Shown one piece after another: positions 1 to 9,881 of a DNA stretch of 64,000 nucleotides. The position numbers and the translations under genes are program-made. Each line of letters opens with the position of its first letter. Within the stretch, counting starts at the first letter, position 1. The DNA is from Candidatus Methanomethylophilaceae archaeon (lineage in GTDB: Archaea; Thermoplasmatota; Thermoplasmata; Methanomassiliicoccales; Methanomethylophilaceae), in NCBI GenBank assembly GCA_944320495.1, contig CALUHR010000005.1:96001-160000 (forward strand). Reading direction: 5' to 3'. The notes under the pieces are model-generated. The model had not been told where the DNA came from, searched no databases, and saw only the letters and a list, made by a program, of their open reading frames with translations.

Positions 1-2
1 TC

Positions 3-3000
3 GCCACCGTTGCCGGCATGGACAACGTCACCGTCTACCTCCCCTCCTCTGATGTCACCCTTTCCGAGAACCTCGTTATCGGAAACGGCACCACTGTCGA
101 CTACAAGGAGGGCAGCAACGGAGGCGCCATCGTGCTCGGTTCCGGAGAGAACAAATACACCATCACCGGAAGCGGAGCCTTCCACGCAAAGGTGAAGTCC
201 GTTGACACCAAGAACTTCTTCGAGCTCAACATCAACGGATCCTACGCCATCGCCGACGGTTCCGTCGAGCTGAACGGATCCCTCGTCGAGACCAACGTCG
301 TGACCCTCAGGTCCGGAGAGATGGTCCTCACCGGCAACCTGTCCGGAGAGCTGTCCTTCGTGGCCGACCAGACCAACATTCCCGCAGCTGAAACCACCGT
401 CGTCTTCAAGGACTTCACCGTGAGCCCCGGAGCCGTCATGACCCTCGTCGCCGACAGCAACGTCTCCTACGAGTCCGAGGACAACTTCTATCTCTACGGA
501 AGGCTGAACTCCGCCCAGGATGTCGCCATCGACGTCCAGGCCGATTCCACCTTTAAGGCGTTCACCGGAGCCAACATCCAGCAGACCGTCACCGTCCAGG
601 CCGATTCCGTGACTGCCAACGACAAGACCGTCATCGACCTCGACGACGCGATGATGACCCTCACCATCAACGACGACCTCGCCTCCACCAACACCTACTC
701 CCAGGTCCAGACCCTGGTCATCGCGGACACCCTGAACATCACCCCCGACGTGACTATCACCGTCATGGGTCAGTTCATCGTCAACGAGGGAGTCACCCTG
801 ACCATCCAGAACGGAGCCACCCTCAAAATCAGCGGCCCCGTCGCCAAGATGATCGTCAACGGAAACGTCGAGGTCGAGGAGGGCGGAGCCATCATCGTCG
901 AGGACGGAGAGGGAATCACCGTCACCGGCGCCATCGAGTCCGACGGAACCTTCACCGTCAACGGAAAGGTCACCATCGAGGAGAACGGAAAGGTCACCAT
1001 CGACAACGGCGACAAGTCCGTCATCAACGTCACCGACGACCTCACCGTCAAGGCCGGCGGAGAGCTCGAGATCAGGGGAGAGATGTCCATCGCCAAGATG
1101 TACAACTCCGGCACCGTCGTTCTCAACGGCGCCAACCTCACGAAATCCAACTCCACCATCAACATGGCCGCCAACGGCGCCGTCGTGGACATCCAGTCCT
1201 TCACCGCCGACAAGACCATCGACCTCATCATCACCGACGACGGAATGAAGCTCGGAAAGAACGGAGATGTCGAGTACTCCGTCGGAATGAACGCGGACTA
1301 CAAGTCCAACAGCATCACCTTCAACGGTGATGCGACCTACGACGGAGTCGGAATCAGGGGAGTCACCGTCACCGAGGCCTCCTCCTTCGCCGTCAAGGCC
1401 GACAAGACCGTCGAGATCTCCTACAGCATGTCCATCGCCGGAACCGCCGCCATCGTCGACGACAGCGAGCCCCAGAACAACAAGACCTTCTCCGATGCCG
1501 AGACGAAATACACCATCGGAATCGACGCCAAGGACTTCAGGGTCCTCGCCGACTCCGAGTTCAACCTCGGATCCTATGTTGTGTTCAATGTCACCGGCGA
1601 GCTGACCGTCGCCGGAACCATGAACGCCGTCAACACCGAGTCCAAGATCACCAACGGCGGTGTCATCGACGTCACCGGAATGATCACCGTTCTGGAGGAG
1701 GGTGAGATCAAGCAGCCGACCATCAACGCCGCCTCCTACGAGGCCACCGTCAACGGCAACACCTACGTCTACTACACCACCCTGAACAACGCCATCGCCA
1801 ACGGAGCCACCGAGATCGTGGTCCACGGAACCGTCAAGGTCACCGAGTCCGTCACCATCCCGACCGGCACCGAGGTCAAGGCCGACACCGGAGCCAAGAT
1901 GGAGATCGGCGAGGACGACAACAGGGATGTCGTCGTCACCGTCGAGAACGGCGCCACCGTCAGGAACTTCAACGCCGGAATCACCGTCTACGGAACCCTG
2001 GACTTCGCCAACGCCAAGGACAACAAGTCCAACATCATCATCAGCGACGTCTCGGTCTCCAACGAGCCCGGAATCACCTACACCAACATCTACACCGCCC
2101 TCGGCGACGCCGTCGACGGAGATGTGGTCACCATCACCAAGCTCAAGGCCACCCAGGGAGCCGTCGTCCTCAACGCCGACATCACCGTCCCCGCCGGAGT
2201 CACCCTCGTGATCCCCGCGGCCGCGGAGGTCCAGGTCAACGACGACGTCACCGTCACCATCGACGGAACCGTCCAGATGCTCGGAACCATCGTCTCCGAG
2301 AGCACCGACGGATTCTACAGGTACACCGACGCCACCATGACCGACGAGAAGGACGAGTTCTCCGAGATCGTCGTCAACGGAACCCTGATGTCCATGGGAG
2401 CCATCCCCTACGCCACCCAGGGCGAGAACTACGGATACTACATCGCCGGAGCCTACTACTGGCTCGTCAGCACCGCCGGTAACTTCTACTACGTGACCCC
2501 CGTCGCCCAGGCCGCAGCTGTCTCCAACGACGTCACCAACGGAGCCATCGAGATCTACGGCGCCAACACCGCCGGAGACGTCGACTTCACCGGCGACTCC
2601 ACCACCGTCGTCACCGTCACCCTCATGGCCGACGCCTCTCTCACCGCGAGCAGCGTCACCCTGAGCTACGCCACCCTCGACGTCGACAAGAACACCGGCG
2701 TCGCCTTCACCGGAACCGTCGACTCCGCCGTCGGATCCGTCACCGTCGCCAACATCGACGGTGTCGTCTTCACCGACGCCACCACCGACGGAACCGAGTA
2801 CCTCTACGTCACCGGAAGCCCCGTCCAGGCCGATGAGGACGGAGCCGATGCGACCGTGACCGTCGCCACCGGCAACGTCTCCGTCTCCGGACAGCTCTTC
2901 GTCGACGGACTCGAGGAGTTCGCCATCGCCGAGGGTGCCACCATGACCGTCGGAAAGGGCGCGACCCTGACCGCCACCCTGAACGCCGACAAGGAGATCA

Positions 3001-3932
3001 CCGTGGACGGAACCCTCATCGCCACCAACGGCGGAAAGGTCATCGCCTACACCCTCAACGTCAGCGGAACCTTCACCGTCGCCGCCAAGACCGACAGCGC
3101 CGCCGCCGGAGAGGCCGAGATCTACTACATCAACGTCGGAATCTCCGTCGATGACGATGGGGACTACGTCGACGCCACCGCGGCCACCGCCACCCTCGAC
3201 GGAGTCAAGAACCTCAAGCAGGTCGCCGTCTCCGCCGAGTCCACCGTCACCGGCGCCCAGCTCGAGGACATGAAGTCCACCGAGTTCTACGTCGAGGACG
3301 CCCTCTGGATGACCGTCTACGTCGTTGCCAACAACAACGTCTCCGTCAACAACTTCGAGCCCGGAGACCTCGTCAACAGCGCCTTCTCCAACTGGAAGGA
3401 CGCCGAGGGCAACAGCACGATCGGTGCCAAGAACCCCTACGTCGGAGCCGCCGGATTCGAGAAGGTCTACGCTGTTATCAACTACGAGATCTACACCGTC
3501 TTCGTCCTGGCCAACCAGGCCGTCGACGACGTCTTCATCGACGGAAGCCTGATGACCTATGGAATGTACCAGATTGGTAACCCCGATGACGGAACTGCTC
3601 AGTACGTCAACGCGTACATGGCCGTCGTCGCCGCCGGTGACCATACCATCAGCTACACCCTGAAGAACGGATACTCCGGAGACGGAGTCCTCACCGTCAA
3701 CGGCGAGAAGATGTCTGGACTGACCTTCAGCACCTCCGATGCCGAGGGCTACGGATACAGCCTCACCCTGACTGGATTCGAGAAGACCGGCTACGTCCCC
3801 GAGTCCCCCGACACCGGCGACAGCGACTCCGCTGACACCGGAATGACGATCACCGACTACCTGCTGATCGTCCTCGTCGTCCTCATCGTCGTCATGGCCA
3901 TCATCGTGGCCATGAGGCTCATGAGGAGCTGA
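3..3932 (+). CDS. Large cell-surface/S-layer-like or adhesin-like protein, 5' end outside the window
   Basis: >1300 aa T/V/D/G-rich beta-repeat sequence. Acidic linker, then a C-terminal TM helix and basic tail (YLLIVLVVLIVVMAIIVAMRLMRS). Frame open from the window edge; very strong C-ending codon bias suggests high expression. Confidence 0.8.
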   Translation, partial: ATVAGMDNVTVYLPSSDVTLSENLVIGNGTTVDYKEGSNGGAIVLGSGENKYTITGSGAFHAKVKSVDTKNFFELNINGSYAIADGSVELNGSLVETNVVTLRSGEMVLTGNLSGELSFVADQTNIPAAETTVVFKDFTVSPGAVMTLVADSNVSYESEDNFYLYGRLNSAQDVAIDVQADSTFKAFTGANIQQTVTVQADSVTANDKTVIDLDDAMMTLTINDDLASTNTYSQVQTLVIADTLNITPDVTITVMGQFIVNEGVTLTIQNGATLKISGPVAKMIVNGNVEVEEGGAIIVEDGEGITVTGAIESDGTFTVNGKVTIEENGKVTIDNGDKSVINVTDDLTVKAGGELEIRGEMSIAKMYNSGTVVLNGANLTKSNSTINMAANGAVVDIQSFTADKTIDLIITDDGMKLGKNGDVEYSVGMNADYKSNSITFNGDATYDGVGIRGVTVTEASSFAVKADKTVEISYSMSIAGTAAIVDDSEPQNNKTFSDAETKYTIGIDAKDFRVLADSEFNLGSYVVFNVTGELTVAGTMNAVNTESKITNGGVIDVTGMITVLEEGEIKQPTINAASYEATVNGNTYVYYTTLNNAIANGATEIVVHGTVKVTESVTIPTGTEVKADTGAKMEIGEDDNRDVVVTVENGATVRNFNAGITVYGTLDFANAKDNKSNIIISDVSVSNEPGITYTNIYTALGDAVDGDVVTITKLKATQGAVVLNADITVPAGVTLVIPAAAEVQVNDDVTVTIDGTVQMLGTIVSESTDGFYRYTDATMTDEKDEFSEIVVNGTLMSMGAIPYATQGENYGYYIAGAYYWLVSTAGNFYYVTPVAQAAAVSNDVTNGAIEIYGANTAGDVDFTGDSTTVVTVTLMADASLTASSVTLSYATLDVDKNTGVAFTGTVDSAVGSVTVANIDGVVFTDATTDGTEYLYVTGSPVQADEDGADATVTVATGNVSVSGQLFVDGLEEFAIAEGATMTVGKGATLTATLNADKEITVDGTLIATNGGKVIAYTLNVSGTFTVAAKTDSAAAGEAEIYYINVGISVDDDGDYVDATAATATLDGVKNLKQVAVSAESTVTGAQLEDMKSTEFYVEDALWMTVYVVANNNVSVNNFEPGDLVNSAFSNWKDAEGNSTIGAKNPYVGAAGFEKVYAVINYEIYTVFVLANQAVDDVFIDGSLMTYGMYQIGNPDDGTAQYVNAYMAVVAAGDHTISYTLKNGYSGDGVLTVNGEKMSGLTFSTSDAEGYGYSLTLTGFEKTGYVPESPDTGDSDSADTGMTITDYLLIVLVVLIVVMAIIVAMRLMRS

Positions 3933-3937
3933 AGCGA

Positions 3938-4108
3938 CCTATCCCAGTAACCTGAACAGGAAACCCCGAGAGGTCCGCAAGGACCTCTCCTAAGGGATGG
4001 GGAGAACCGTCCGACAAGACAGTGCCAGAAACCTGAAGAGCAAACGCCGACGGCTCCGAACGGAGACCGTCCCGCCCCGTCCGAGCGTCGCAGACGCCCG
4101 GCCGGGGC
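3938..4108. other. Structured intergenic region with a tandemly duplicated unit and hairpins
   Basis: 9-bp stem with GCAA loop at 3968-3989; 3938-3945 can pair with 3994-4001; further stems at 4049-4071 and 4074-4108. Confidence 0.45.
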
Positions 4109-4308
4109 ATCATTCTCATAACCCTCTGGTGAGCCTACGGTTTATAATGCCCATCTACATTCTGGCAAATCAGCCCGAACATCTCGATGGATATTGATCG
4201 CGTTGAACGGCAAAACACACTGCCCTCGCATAATGAGCTGGATAACAGACGGCGCCACGGATCCTCCATCGGAACCTGTGGATGCAGTCGATGATTCCGA
4301 AGACACCC

Positions 4309-5163
4309 TCACCCGATGAGGAACCAGAGCAAAGCATCGATTCCGAGCAAAGCGAGGAAGACGACGTTGAGTGTGACAGCAGCACCGTTGTCAAGGGCGG
4401 CCGACCATCCCCTCTCAAGCAGTTTCCCTTCGCGGCGAGGCCTTTGTCTGCCGGCCATGATCTTCTGTATCGCCATCAATAGGAACACGATGATGTTGAG
4501 CACCACGATGGCGCAGAGCATGACGACGAACACGCTCTCGAATATCGGTACCTCCGACACAGCGGTCATCGCATCCCCGATGAGACTCAGGCCCCCAGTG
4601 AACGTCATCACGATGGCCGCGAATATCCCGAGGATGGCGACCATCTCCATCTGGATGCGGGAAGCCTTGTCCTTGGCCTCGTTCAGATCGCTTGTCGCCT
4701 GCTCGAGTTCCTCTTTGAGCTCTCCCACACGCGCGCTCATCTTGGCCAGGTCCTGATCGCTTGCCATCAGGCGCCTCTCGAAATCGGCCTGATCCCTGTA
4801 CCTCTGGATCTCGATGGCGACATGATCGCAGAGCTTATGCAGACCCCAGAACGTCTCGGAGTTGTACTCCGGATACTCGTTGACGAAATCGCGGAGCTTG
4901 CGGAGATTGTACGTCAGCGTATCGAGAGGACCATCGGACTCCGAGCGGTCATTGGTCTGAGTCTCTTCCGAATCGGCGACGCCGAACTGACGATATCCGT
5001 CGTTCCCGCCGATAAGCCTGACATACGTCAGTATGTCGGAGTACTCGTTGCGATACCCGTCCTTGTAAATCTCCACTGCACGTTGAGCCAGACGCCTGAG
5101 ATCGTCGTCACCCAGCGAAGACTGCTCTTTGCTAAGGTCCACCAACAGATCGCGTACCTTCAC
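4309..5163 (-). CDS. Coiled-coil plus C-terminal 3-TM membrane protein, candidate toxin partner of the Panacea gene
   Basis: Probable GTG start at 5163 just after the Panacea stop. Heptad-rich middle, then MVAILGIFAAIVMTFTGG and two more hydrophobic helices. Confidence 0.7.
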   Translation of the reverse strand: MKVRDLLVDLSKEQSSLGDDDLRRLAQRAVEIYKDGYRNEYSDILTYVRLIGGNDGYRQFGVADSEETQTNDRSESDGPLDTLTYNLRKLRDFVNEYPEYNSETFWGLHKLCDHVAIEIQRYRDQADFERRLMASDQDLAKMSARVGELKEELEQATSDLNEAKDKASRIQMEMVAILGIFAAIVMTFTGGLSLIGDAMTAVSEVPIFESVFVVMLCAIVVLNIIVFLLMAIQKIMAGRQRPRREGKLLERGWSAALDNGAAVTLNVVFLALLGIDALLWFLIG

Positions 5164-5189
5164 TGACCTGCGGTGACTCTCATCGGAGG

Positions 5190-5630
5190 TCAGATACTGG
5201 GACGTCTGGCCTCCGCCTCCATATCCGCGTAAGGGATTACGTTCTTCTCCCCCGGAACATAATTCCTCTTCCAAGGAGCTGATTCGTGAGACTTCTCCAC
5301 GATCCTGCCCAATCCGACATCCTTGTATTCCCTGAGTATCCCCAGCAGGAAATCGGACGTGTCCTTGTTGATCTCCTGAGACGGAGGGAACGTAGCCATT
5401 ATGGTGTTTCCGGCGAAGCGCCAGAAATCATAATAGACCGATGGGACGACGGGGCCGTACTTCCATGCCTGGAACTCCTCGTCCTCGAAGAGAGGACCGC
5501 GACCCGAGGCGGCATGCTCCAACCAGGCGAAGTAGAGAAGCTTCTGGAGCTTCAGGTTGGAGATCCAGATCCCATTATCTATCGACAGCTGGACCATGCG
5601 CCTGCCGATATCCTTCGCGGTATAGGCCAT
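5190..5630 (-). CDS. Panacea (DUF4065/SocA-like) antitoxin domain protein
   Basis: ISNLKLQKLLYFAW...FQAWKYGPVVPSVY and SHESAPW motifs typical of DUF4065. Confidence 0.9.
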   Translation of the reverse strand: MAYTAKDIGRRMVQLSIDNGIWISNLKLQKLLYFAWLEHAASGRGPLFEDEEFQAWKYGPVVPSVYYDFWRFAGNTIMATFPPSQEINKDTSDFLLGILREYKDVGLGRIVEKSHESAPWKRNYVPGEKNVIPYADMEAEARRPSI

Positions 5631-5768
5631 GATAAGTAGTTCCAGAAACGGTATCACTGGAGTAGTATATCATGAGTGTCCTGCTCTCAGAGAACATCTG
5701 GCTATCCGCCACTGGGACATCTGGCTGGCGACATCCCTATTCAACATCGTTACAAACTGGATATCCGC

Positions 5769-5798
5769 CGATGGAGGGTTGCCGACCACCCTCCATCG
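5769..5798. terminator. 10-bp perfect hairpin downstream of the flavodoxin gene
   Basis: CGATGGAGGG-N10-CCCTCCATCG. Confidence 0.45.
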
Positions 5799-5872
5799 AC
5801 GTCCAATCCTCTTGATTCATCCTAGCGAATTTGTGTTGCTTTGGCAGGGGGCAGATCTCATCCGCCCTCCCC

Positions 5873-6451
5873 TCACTCCGGATTCAGCCTCACGATCGCC
5901 TCGACCATGTTCTGCACGAGGGACCTTATCCCCTTCATCCCCTGCACGTCGTCCTCGTACTCCGGGGACACCAGGGACCTCACGATCGGCATGGGGTTCG
6001 ACCCGCACACCAGCATCCCGTTCTTCAGCATGAAGTCCACCAGCTGGTTGTACACCATCGTCGCACCGTCGTGCCCGCACACCGCGAACGCTCCCCCGAC
6101 CTTCCCCCTCAGGCCCAAGTCGCCCTTCTCCAGCACCAGCATCGCCCTCTCCAGGAAGGTCTGCATCATGCTGGGGCAGGCGTTCATGTACACCGGCGCT
6201 GCCATGATGATGCCATCAGCCGCCCTCAGCCTGTCGAGGATGTCATTCAATCCGTCGTCCTCGTCGTAGCACCTGCCGTCCCCGCGTATCTCGCAGGTCA
6301 TGCAGACGTTGCAGTTCGTCAGCGTGTAATCGTAGATCGAGATCGTCTCCATCTCTATCCCCTCGCGCTCGAACATGTCCGCCACCTCGTGGAGGATGTT
6401 GCTGCAGTTCCCCATGGGACGGGGACTCCCGTTGACGGCGATGACCTTCAT
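5873..6451 (-). CDS. Iron-sulfur flavoprotein / flavodoxin family (NADPH-dependent FMN reductase fold)
   Basis: VIAVNGSPRPMGN, CNVCMTC...C, AAPVY motifs. Confidence 0.9.
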   Translation of the reverse strand: MKVIAVNGSPRPMGNCSNILHEVADMFEREGIEMETISIYDYTLTNCNVCMTCEIRGDGRCYDEDDGLNDILDRLRAADGIIMAAPVYMNACPSMMQTFLERAMLVLEKGDLGLRGKVGGAFAVCGHDGATMVYNQLVDFMLKNGMLVCGSNPMPIVRSLVSPEYEDDVQGMKGIRSLVQNMVEAIVRLNPE

Positions 6452-6545
6452 GCCCCGGCCATCGCGACACCCGCCTTAACAATATCCGTCGTATGCGCGC
6501 ATACCTTAATACCCGAAGACCCTTCACGCCGTTACAGGTGAGCAG

Positions 6546-7295
6546 ATGACCGAAATGCTGAGTGTGGTCGACCTACACGCCGAGGCGGGCGGGAGGGAGA
6601 TCCTCAAGGGCGTCGACCTGACCGTCGACCAGGGGGAGACCTGCGTCCTCTTCGGACCCAACGGTTCCGGGAAATCCACCCTGATGTCCACCATCATGGG
6701 ATACAGCAACATCACCGTCACGTCCGGCCAGATAATCTTCAAGGGCAAGGACATAACCGACATGCCGGTGGACGAGAGGGCGAAGCTGGGCATAGGCATG
6801 ATGATGCAGCGCCCCCCGAACATATACGGCGTCAAGCTCGGCGACCTCATCCGCGTCGCCTCCCCCCAGAACGGAGAGGCGGTGCTCGCGGATGCTGACA
6901 AGTTCAAGATGTCCGGCTTCCTGGACAGGGAGATCAACGTCGGGTTCTCCGGCGGGGAGATCAAGAGGTCCGAGCTGCTCCAGCTCACCGCCCAGAAGCC
7001 GGAGTTCATCCTCCTCGACGAGCCCGAATCCGGGGTCGACCTGGAGAACATCGACCTCATCGGCAACAAGGTCCACGACCTGCTGTACGACTCGGCCTGC
7101 CCCGGCAGGGGGAGGCACGTGTCGTCCCTGGTGATCACCCACACCGGCCAGATCATGGACTACATCGGCGCCGACAAGGGCTACGTGATGAAGAACGGCA
7201 GGATCCAGTGCAGGGGCAACCCGCTGGAGCTGCTGAAGGAGATAAAGAAGAACGGATACGGGGAGTGCGACGCATGCAGGATGATAAGGCTGTGA
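6546..7295 (+). CDS. sufC: Fe-S cluster assembly ABC ATPase SufC
   Basis: Walker A GPNGSGKST, INVGFSGGEIKRSE, LLDEPESGVD; directly upstream of sufB. Confidence 0.92.
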   Translation: MTEMLSVVDLHAEAGGREILKGVDLTVDQGETCVLFGPNGSGKSTLMSTIMGYSNITVTSGQIIFKGKDITDMPVDERAKLGIGMMMQRPPNIYGVKLGDLIRVASPQNGEAVLADADKFKMSGFLDREINVGFSGGEIKRSELLQLTAQKPEFILLDEPESGVDLENIDLIGNKVHDLLYDSACPGRGRHVSSLVITHTGQIMDYIGADKGYVMKNGRIQCRGNPLELLKEIKKNGYGECDACRMIRL

Positions 7296-8476
7296 GGGAG
7301 GCGCTCTCCAAGAAGGGGGCCTACGGCGCGGACATCGACCTCGACAGGTACGAGGAGGGCAGCAGGGACGCCGAGCAGATCAGCGATCTGAAGGACTCGA
7401 AGTACAGCGCCTACATGGAGAAGGTCGGCGTCATCGCCGACGAGATGAACCGCTCCGGGACGCTGATGTTCATCGACAACGCCCCGAGCCACTGCTCGTC
7501 CGCGGTGCAGGAGGGGCTGGAGATGATGCCCCTCAGCCAGGCGCTCAAGGTGCACGATGGATTGAAAGATTACATGTGGAAGGCCGTCAGCCCAACCAAG
7601 GACAAGTACACCGCCAAGAGCTACCTGGAGGACTCCGACGGATACTTCGTGCGCGTGAAGGCGGGATACCACATCAAGGACCCCGTCCAGGCCTGCATGA
7701 TGCTCGATACCGACAGGACCATACAGAACGTCCACAACATCGTCATCGTCGAGGACGGCGCGTCCCTGGAGATGATCACCGGATGCTCCACGTCCCCTCA
7801 CGCCAACGACTCCCTGCACGTGGGGGTCTCCGAGATTTACGTGGGGAACGACGCGTCCCTCGCCTTCTCCATGATCCACAACTGGGGCAAGGAGACCGGC
7901 GTCCGCCCGAGGACCGGCACCGTCGTCGGCAAGAACTCCGCGTACACCAACAACTACGTGATACTCAACCCCGTGGGGACGCTGCAGAGCTTCCCCTCCT
8001 GCACCCTCGACGAGGGCAGCAGCGCGCTGTACAACACCATGTGCATCGCCCACGAGGGCTCCGACATCGACACCGGGGGCCTCGTCTACCTCAACGGGAG
8101 GGGCAGCAGCGCCCAGATCATGAGCAGGAGCATCTCCATGGGCGGGCACATGTGCGCCCGCGGAAGGCTCGTGGGCAACGCCCCCGAGGTCAAGGCCCAC
8201 CTGGAGTGCAGGAGCATCATCATGAAGGACGGCGGCTCGACGAGCGCCGTGCCGGAGCTGGAGGCGCACGTCGCGGACGTGGAGATGACCCACGAGGCGG
8301 CGGTCGGGAAGATCGCCCAGGACCAGATCGAGTACCTTATGTCCCGCGGCCTGAGCGAGGATGAGGCGGTCAGCATGATCGTCCGCGGATTCCTCTCCGG
8401 CAGCATCAACGGACTCCCGGCCGAGCTCCAGAGGGAGCTCGACGAGGCCATCTCCCAGGCCAACCTGGGGGACTGA
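7274..8476 (+). CDS. sufB: Fe-S cluster assembly scaffold SufB/SufD family
   Basis: THEAAVGKIAQDQIEYLMSRGLSEDEAVSMIVRGF signature; ATG at 7274 overlaps the sufC 3' end. Confidence 0.92.
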   Translation: MQDDKAVREALSKKGAYGADIDLDRYEEGSRDAEQISDLKDSKYSAYMEKVGVIADEMNRSGTLMFIDNAPSHCSSAVQEGLEMMPLSQALKVHDGLKDYMWKAVSPTKDKYTAKSYLEDSDGYFVRVKAGYHIKDPVQACMMLDTDRTIQNVHNIVIVEDGASLEMITGCSTSPHANDSLHVGVSEIYVGNDASLAFSMIHNWGKETGVRPRTGTVVGKNSAYTNNYVILNPVGTLQSFPSCTLDEGSSALYNTMCIAHEGSDIDTGGLVYLNGRGSSAQIMSRSISMGGHMCARGRLVGNAPEVKAHLECRSIIMKDGGSTSAVPELEAHVADVEMTHEAAVGKIAQDQIEYLMSRGLSEDEAVSMIVRGFLSGSINGLPAELQRELDEAISQANLGD

Positions 8477-8634
8477 AACTACGCTTCCGGGAGGGGCCCC
8501 GGCCCCCCCCCCATTCTCATCGATCGTGACAGGACGCCGTCCGGGGACGACGTCGGGCCCCTCCTCCTGAAGCGACGGCCCCGAGGAGGCGGAAGGTTCC
8601 GCCCCCACCTTATTTCTATCCCGAGGGGGTACGC

Positions 8635-8994
8635 GTGGGCATGCCGGAAAGCAACCGTCCGTTCCAGTCCCTCGTGCTGGCGCTCCTGCTGGCCGTGGGC
8701 GGCCTCATCACCCTCGCCGCCGGCGCGGGATACATGGGGAACGAGGATGTGTCCGAGTACGTGGCGTCCATAGACATCATCGCGGGCATCATCCTGTTCG
8801 TCGCGGGCCTGGGATGCCTCGTGGGCAGGCCAGTCCTGTGGAAGCTCTGCTTCGCTTCGCTGATAGTCGAGATCGTGGCCGGGGTCGCCATGATGACCGT
8901 CACGATCGCCGGAGGGGTCCTCCTGGTGATCATCAGCGCCCTGTTCCTCTGGTGGATACACACCAACGCGATCAGGAAGTGGTTCGGGGTCTGA
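8635..8994 (+). CDS. Small 4-TM membrane protein
   Basis: Four hydrophobic segments, host-like codon usage. Confidence 0.7.
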   Translation: MGMPESNRPFQSLVLALLLAVGGLITLAAGAGYMGNEDVSEYVASIDIIAGIILFVAGLGCLVGRPVLWKLCFASLIVEIVAGVAMMTVTIAGGVLLVIISALFLWWIHTNAIRKWFGV

Positions 8995-9385
8995 ACTCCG
9001 CACCCGTCTCTATGGCCGTGAGGACGTTGCCCTCCGAGTCGTAGAACGAAACGCTCGTTCCCATCGGGCCCCTCGCCGGGTCCGATGCGAACCTCACCCC
9101 CTCGTCTATGAGACGGCGGCGGGTGTTGTACGGCGAGTCCACGCCGAACATTATGCCGGTGTCGATCCCCGGCCTGTCGCTCCTCCTCAGGACGATGCGG
9201 CACCGCCCGCGGACCAGGTACGATTCCGAGTCCCCCCGGGAGAGCAGGGCCATCCCCAGGACCTCCGTGTAGAAGCGGACCGCGCGCGCCATGTCTGCGA
9301 CGGGCACGGCGCAGGCGAACAGGGTCTCTGGAAGGCCTTCGCAGGTATATTCGAAATTCCCTCCTTCGGGATCTCCGAGCGGCAT
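8972..9385 (-). CDS. VOC/glyoxalase family protein
   Basis: VPVADMARAVRFYTEVLG ... FYDSEGNVL pattern. Confidence 0.85.
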   Translation of the reverse strand: MPLGDPEGGNFEYTCEGLPETLFACAVPVADMARAVRFYTEVLGMALLSRGDSESYLVRGRCRIVLRRSDRPGIDTGIMFGVDSPYNTRRRLIDEGVRFASDPARGPMGTSVSFYDSEGNVLTAIETGAEFRPRTTS

Positions 9386-9504
9386 GTCCCCCGGATTGCG
9401 AGCGGGATATTAAGCCGGAGCGGCCCCCGGAGGGGCCAGAACGGGTGTCGGATTGTGATTCGACCGAAATCATTATATATAACACTGGTATACCACGGAT
9501 TACT

Positions 9505-9577
9505 GCCCTGGTAGTGTAGCGGCCTATCATGAAGCCCTGTCGAGGCTTCGACTCGGATTCGAATTCCGACCAGGGCG
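9505..9577 (+). tRNA. tRNA-Asp(GTC)
   Basis: GCCCTGG acceptor stem, anticodon arm AAGCC-CTGTCGA-GGCTT, T-loop TTCGAAT; TATA box TTATATATAA about 25 nt upstream. Confidence 0.95.
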
Positions 9578-9881
9578 CTCATCTCTCTTTTTGAGAACCT
9601 TTGAAGCGTCATCCCCTTCGCTCAGCTTCATGCTCGTTAGGTCATCCTTCGGACCACCTGGATACAGACCCTCCGGAATGCGTCGACCTGCATTCGCATA
9701 ATGATCCGCCCCCAAATTCTTGAGTTTGATGATGAATTAACGGGGATATCCCGGTCGCGTTCGACACAGAATTTAGTTAAGGCCCCTCTACATTCATGAC
9801 ATAGTGCCTTGGAGCGCACACGGGTGGGGGGGGGGGCTGTTCAGTTTCGTCCAACCTCCCGTCTTCCGTTCGGAGGGAAAA

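Noticed and set aside
4025-4070. Hammerhead ribozyme (CTGAAGA and GAAAC present)
   Set aside because: GAAAC directly abuts CTGAAGA, leaving no room for stems III and I or a cleavage triplet.
3925-4110. Glycine or TPP riboswitch, RNase P RNA or SRP RNA
   Set aside because: Only fragments match (TTCAGGT on the minus strand, AACCTGA, GAGCAA). The other obligatory conserved blocks are missing, and the position is 3' of a gene.
8491-8512. C10 tract as a phase-variation site
   Set aside because: Part of a GGGGCCCC/C-rich intergenic element after sufB, similar to the one at about 13843-13858; more consistent with a terminator-like or repeat structure than a coding or promoter tract.
7181-8608. Long alternative-frame and antisense ORFs throughout (e.g. 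7181-8608, 22857-24626, 46300-47946)
   Set aside because: Shadow ORFs expected in high-GC DNA with C-ending codon bias; they overlap well-supported genes and lack motifs.
9527-9715. 62-aa minus-strand ORF
   Set aside because: Its C-terminus is the antisense reading of tRNA-Asp; the rest could be a gene remnant but I cannot assign it.
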